A stretch of 63,247 bases of DNA, the filler included, from Saprolegnia diclina VS20 (Eukaryota): assembly GCF_000281045.1 (NCBI RefSeq). It is 3 parts of one record of this genome, joined end to end, with 100 filler letters (N's around TTAATTAATTAA, not from the genome) between each part and the next. Parts side by side here need not be neighbours in the genome. Positions count along the whole stretch, not along the records: positions 33,073 to 63,247 come from NW_008246071.1; 2 more parts are not named here. The stretch is one strand, 5' to 3'. A program made the translations under genes and the position numbers. Shown here one piece after another: positions 59,095 to 63,247 of this stretch; the stretch's first letter is position 1, and the number at the start of each line of letters is the position of its first letter. The notes beneath the pieces are model-generated. The model had not been told where the DNA came from. It did not search any database and saw nothing but the letters and a program-made list of their open reading frames with translations.

Positions 59095-59458
59095 CCTTTG
59101 GAACCTAGCCGAGGCTAATATCACTGGATTCGTACCAAGTCCCAGGCTCGCCTGAATTTGACCGAGTTGGCGCCCACTTGGTGAATGGGCGCTACATAGG
59201 GAGAGCTTCGACTAGAATCGAACGCGTGAGCATGCTATGAGGCCCCCACACCAAGCTTCGGAGTTGATCGCGTACGTCGGGCGTCGAGTCTGTTGAGGCA
59301 TCGGTTCAAATCGAGAGACGTACATGGTGTGCTTACGACTACGACTAGTGCTACGATGGGATCGAGTCGTCGGACGTGATGCCATGGGCAGAGGCATATA
59401 GAACACAACTCTGTTGAACATTTGAGCACGGTACGAATGACGACTAGACACTAGCGAC

Positions 59459-60718
59459 CTAGAGGATCGCGACATTCGCCTGCGACGTCTCCGAGTGGCC
59501 GTAGCGCATGATGGGGCCGTCGAACGACGCATCCGACTCCTTCTCTTGCATGTATTTGCGGCGCGACCGCTTCACGACGACGACGAGGACGACCGCCGCG
59601 ACGACCACCAAGAAACTGGCGCCCGCCACGAGGTAGTTCGTGACATTCGCACCGGCGCCTGCTGACGACTGCACCACCACTTCGACAGCGTCAGTTTTGC
59701 GCGCAACGACCGGTGCAGACGTTGCAACGGGCGTCGACGAGTTGGCGGCCGGAAGGGTTTCCAGCGGCAGCTCGGTCGTCGGTGTCACCGTCGTCGTGGC
59801 TACGACTGTCGTGAGTGCGACCGTGGTAGGCTCGGGAGTTCCCGTCGTGGGAGCTCCCGTCGTGGGACTGGGCGTACCCGAGGTCGTTGGCGCCGGTGTC
59901 GTTGTTTTCGGTGCCTCGGTGGTCGGTGCCGACGTCGACGGGCTTGGTGACGGGCTCGGCGGCGGGCTCGTCGACGGGTTAGGGCTGGGGCTAGGGCTAG
60001 GTGACGGGCTGGGCGGCGGGACCGGCGGGCCTGGCACGACGCCCACGGTAAACTGCTGTGGGATTTGCGTGCACTGGTCAGCTTGGAGCGATACTTTGGT
60101 GCTGATCGTCTCCCCCGAGTGCGACGTCATGTCCACCATCGTGTCAGAGAGCTCGACGTTGAGCACTTGGCTCTTGAAGTAGTACGAAGCGTCAAACGAT
60201 GGGGCGTCGCCGCCGTTGATCTTCATCTTGGCGACGCCATTGAGAGCGTTTGAGGCTTGGATGTACAACCAGTACTTGGAGCTGCCGCTCTTGGCGCACA
60301 CTTGGACACCGCCGGAGACCGGGCAGTTGACAAACTGCCACTTGATCTTGGGCCGGTCCGTGTTGAGGCCGGTGGCCTTGTTGAACATCGGTAGGGACAT
60401 ATCGAGGTCACCAAACTGGCACTCGGGGCACCGGTCGGTGATCTGGCCGAGCACCTTCTCCTGGGACGTGCAGCGCGGATCGACGCACTGGACTTCGACG
60501 CACCGGCCACAATGAATCCCGGTGCTCCACTGGAAGTTGTTCAAGGCCGCGTGGAAGCGAGGCGCGAGGTCGAGCGGCTTCATGAGCGCGCAGTTGCCAG
60601 TGAACGCGCTGTCCCCGCCATCGGGCGGGCCATACGTCGTCCCTTCGCCCGAGTAAAATTGGCATGTGCCGACCGCGGCGAGCGCGAGGACCCCCATCAG
60701 GCGTTCATTGACGCGCAT
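59459..60718 (-). CDS. Expansin-like protein with P/S/T stalk and C-terminal TM
   Basis: GEGTTY, CGRCV, TDRCPEC..GDLDMS, PS repeats and TM segment LVAGASFLVVVAAVVLVVVV. Confidence 0.92.
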   Translation of the reverse strand: MRVNERLMGVLALAAVGTCQFYSGEGTTYGPPDGGDSAFTGNCALMKPLDLAPRFHAALNNFQWSTGIHCGRCVEVQCVDPRCTSQEKVLGQITDRCPECQFGDLDMSLPMFNKATGLNTDRPKIKWQFVNCPVSGGVQVCAKSGSSKYWLYIQASNALNGVAKMKINGGDAPSFDASYYFKSQVLNVELSDTMVDMTSHSGETISTKVSLQADQCTQIPQQFTVGVVPGPPVPPPSPSPSPSPSPNPSTSPPPSPSPSPSTSAPTTEAPKTTTPAPTTSGTPSPTTGAPTTGTPEPTTVALTTVVATTTVTPTTELPLETLPAANSSTPVATSAPVVARKTDAVEVVVQSSAGAGANVTNYLVAGASFLVVVAAVVLVVVVKRSRRKYMQEKESDASFDGPIMRYGHSETSQANVAIL

Positions 60719-61891
60719 GGCGACGGCTAGATTTAAGGCGTCGATTGCAAAACTGGGCGGTGCCACATGAGCGGCGCGCGATGTGACTCACCCTTCCCAG
60801 AAATCGTACGGTGGATTGTACACTGAATCCACCCCCGTTGTGTCAATGACGTAATGCAAACTGGCTCGACATTGCATTTTCTTTTTAATAGCGGCGATTT
60901 CTTTTATTCTTTTTTTCATTCTTTTATTCGCCCCGCTCCAATCATTATGAGAGACGGCCTTTAAAAAAACAAGTGATCATTTAAAATACGGGCTGTCAAA
61001 TCGGGGTGACGACTTGGCGCCACAGACAGGGCCACGGACGGACGCAGCCTCAGATCCGCAGCAACGAGTTGGTAGCGCACGTGGTCGCAGGCGCGCTTCG
61101 TCGAACGAAATCAGGACGACGCAGCGCCTCCAGGCGATGTCGAGCTGTGGCGCACGACTGGTGTCTGGGAGTGTGCATCGGTGCTTTCGACGTGCAGCAA
61201 TCACGACTTGTGCTTCAACAACCAGCCGACTGGCGCCATTCATTGACGTGCATGTCGCCACCAGAAGATCGCGTTGATGATGTGGTCGGTTCTCCTCTGG
61301 TGGTCACGGCCGTGCGTGCGCATCGTGCTGTGGGTGGATGTCAGGGGCGATGTTGCGTTCGGCCCCGAGTAGCTTTGCACAGAGTGCGCGGGTCGCTGTC
61401 GTAATGTTCCACCATATCAGCAAAAGAGCACCCGATTTCGATCCGCACCAAGCGATTGGGATCGGACTTGCGAGGTGGCGCGGTGCACAGTACGAGTACC
61501 CGGAGCAACGACATGTGTCCAGCCCCCTGGCGCATAATTTGGTATCCACAGCTCGCAAGATCGGCGTGTATATAATCACGGTGGCGCGTCTCGCCCTCGT
61601 CGTCGACCTCCAACGACCAGCGTGACGACCGGCATAGCCGCTCTTGGCAGATATGCAAGCACATTGAGCTCGTCGATTGTCGCGGCGGTTGGTGTCAGCG
61701 CCTCTAGCACCGCGTGTGATACAGCGTTGCTCGCAATGTGAGCGGTTTCGATTTGTATGGGTTTGAGTATACTCGCGTCGTGGCGAGCTCCGTCCGTTTT
61801 CAAGGACGCTGCTTTCGACGCCGCCAGCTGGCTCTCGAGCCTTTGCCGATGTACACTCATTTCTCAACCACCGCCCTCGAGCAGAAAGACC

Positions 61892-63211
61892 ATGCGCGGC
61901 TTCACACTCGCGCTTCTGTGCGCTTCGGCCGCGAGCCAATACACGGGCGAAGGCACGACGTACGGCCCGCCCGACGGCGGGGACAGCGCGTTTACCGGTA
62001 ACTGCGCGCTCATGAAGCCGCTTGACTTTGCGCCCAAGTTCCACGCTGCGATCAACGACGCCCAATGGGGCGAAGGTGTCAACTGTGGTCGTTGCGTCGC
62101 CGTCCAGTGCACCGACCCGCGCTGCACATCGTCGGCGCAGGTCGTGGGCCAAATCACCGACCGGTGCCCCGAATGCAAGTTTGGCGACCTCGATATGTCC
62201 CTACCGATGTTCAACTCGGCCACGGGTCTCTACACCGACCGGCCCAAGATCAAGTGGAGCTTTGTCGACTGCCCCGTCTCCGGCGGCGTCCAGCTCTGCG
62301 CCAAGAGCGGCAGCTCCAAGTTCTGGCTCGCGGTGCAGGCAAGTAACGCTGTGAACGGTATCAAGAGCATGAGCATCAACGGCCAAGCCGCACCGCTCTT
62401 TGGCGGCACTGCATACTACTTCAAGTCGCAAGTCAATGGCGTCGACCTCAGCGAAACGCAGATCACAATGACGTCGTTTTCGGGCGACTCGATCACGACG
62501 ACAGTCTCGCTCGAAGCGGACAAGTGCACACAGATCTCGCATCAGTTCAAGACGGGCGGCAACGACAACGTGGCGCCGCAACCCCAGCCGTCGCCATCGC
62601 CAAGCCCGAAGCCGTCGCCAAGCCCGCAACCGGTGCCCAGCCCATCGCCAAGCGCGCAGCCGTTGCCGATCCCGCAGCCGTCGCCGAGTCCGAGCCCGCA
62701 GCCGAGTCCATCGCCGTCGGTTGTCCCGTCTCCGCAACCGAGCACCACCCCATCCCCGACGTCGTCGACACCAACGACAACCTCGGCCACTCCGTCGACT
62801 ACGTCGCGTGTCACAACGACGCCGGCTACCACGACGACCAGTGTGCCCAGCAGCGGGTCCGAGGCAACTGAATCGGCAACGCTTGCGCCAACCACAAGCA
62901 CCTCGCCGGATGCCACCGTTGCGCCGACGGGCGAGAGTGCGATCACTCGTCCGGATACGGCACCGACCGCAGCACCGTCGAAATCAGCTTCGACGCAATC
63001 TCCGTCGAATGCGACGGAGGTCAGCAACCAGTCGAGCGCCGACGGTCCGAGCGTCGGCAGCGTGATCGGCTACGGTCTCATCGGTTGCATTGTGATCGCG
63101 GGCGTCGTTGTCGGTGTCGTCGTTACCAAGGCGCGCCGGAAGATCGATGAGGAAAAGGAGAACGACCGGCTCGAGCTCGCGAGCTCGCACGCCAACATTG
63201 CCGTCCTCTAA
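61892..63211 (+). CDS. Expansin-like protein with P/S/T stalk and C-terminal TM
   Basis: Close paralog of 59459-60718 with a signal peptide, PSPSP repeats and TM segment. Confidence 0.92.
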   Translation: MRGFTLALLCASAASQYTGEGTTYGPPDGGDSAFTGNCALMKPLDFAPKFHAAINDAQWGEGVNCGRCVAVQCTDPRCTSSAQVVGQITDRCPECKFGDLDMSLPMFNSATGLYTDRPKIKWSFVDCPVSGGVQLCAKSGSSKFWLAVQASNAVNGIKSMSINGQAAPLFGGTAYYFKSQVNGVDLSETQITMTSFSGDSITTTVSLEADKCTQISHQFKTGGNDNVAPQPQPSPSPSPKPSPSPQPVPSPSPSAQPLPIPQPSPSPSPQPSPSPSVVPSPQPSTTPSPTSSTPTTTSATPSTTSRVTTTPATTTTSVPSSGSEATESATLAPTTSTSPDATVAPTGESAITRPDTAPTAAPSKSASTQSPSNATEVSNQSSADGPSVGSVIGYGLIGCIVIAGVVVGVVVTKARRKIDEEKENDRLELASSHANIAVL

Positions 63212-63247
63212 GTCGTTGCCCAAGCATAATTTAGCTGATTTATCACC

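Noticed and set aside
1..63247. CRISPR arrays, tRNA/rRNA genes, prokaryotic defence systems, RxLR/CRN effectors
   Set aside because: No repeat-spacer array, RNA gene signature, or signal peptide with RxLR-dEER or LFLAK motif seen by eye. tRNAscan and Infernal were not run.

Overview
Eukaryotic, GC-rich, gene-dense window with many 40-70 nt GT-AG introns and five N-gaps. Gene content and style suggest an oomycete, probably Saprolegniales (inference, not searched). Conserved genes: dolichol kinase, SRP54, RNF10-like, a RING-H2 protein, two M13 peptidases, ARMH1-like, MED11, NDOR1, MAD2, SPCS2, a BT1 transporter, a DUF6604-like protein, an ankyrin protein, D-amino acid oxidase, HYOU1, PYM1, RRP5 and three expansin-like genes. 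Two unstable zones (about 1-2.5 kb and 9-24 kb) hold four damaged paralogs (A-D) of an uncharacterised family: helical N-terminal domain, P/S/T linker, coiled coil and a C-terminal module resembling the post-COR tail of ROCO proteins. The same zones contain Harbinger, hAT and Gypsy remnants and two long near-perfect foldbacks. The best candidate for a new system is pseudogene copy A, whose C-terminal exon has become a 335-bp inverted repeat that could yield siRNAs against its paralogs. An assembly artefact cannot be excluded.
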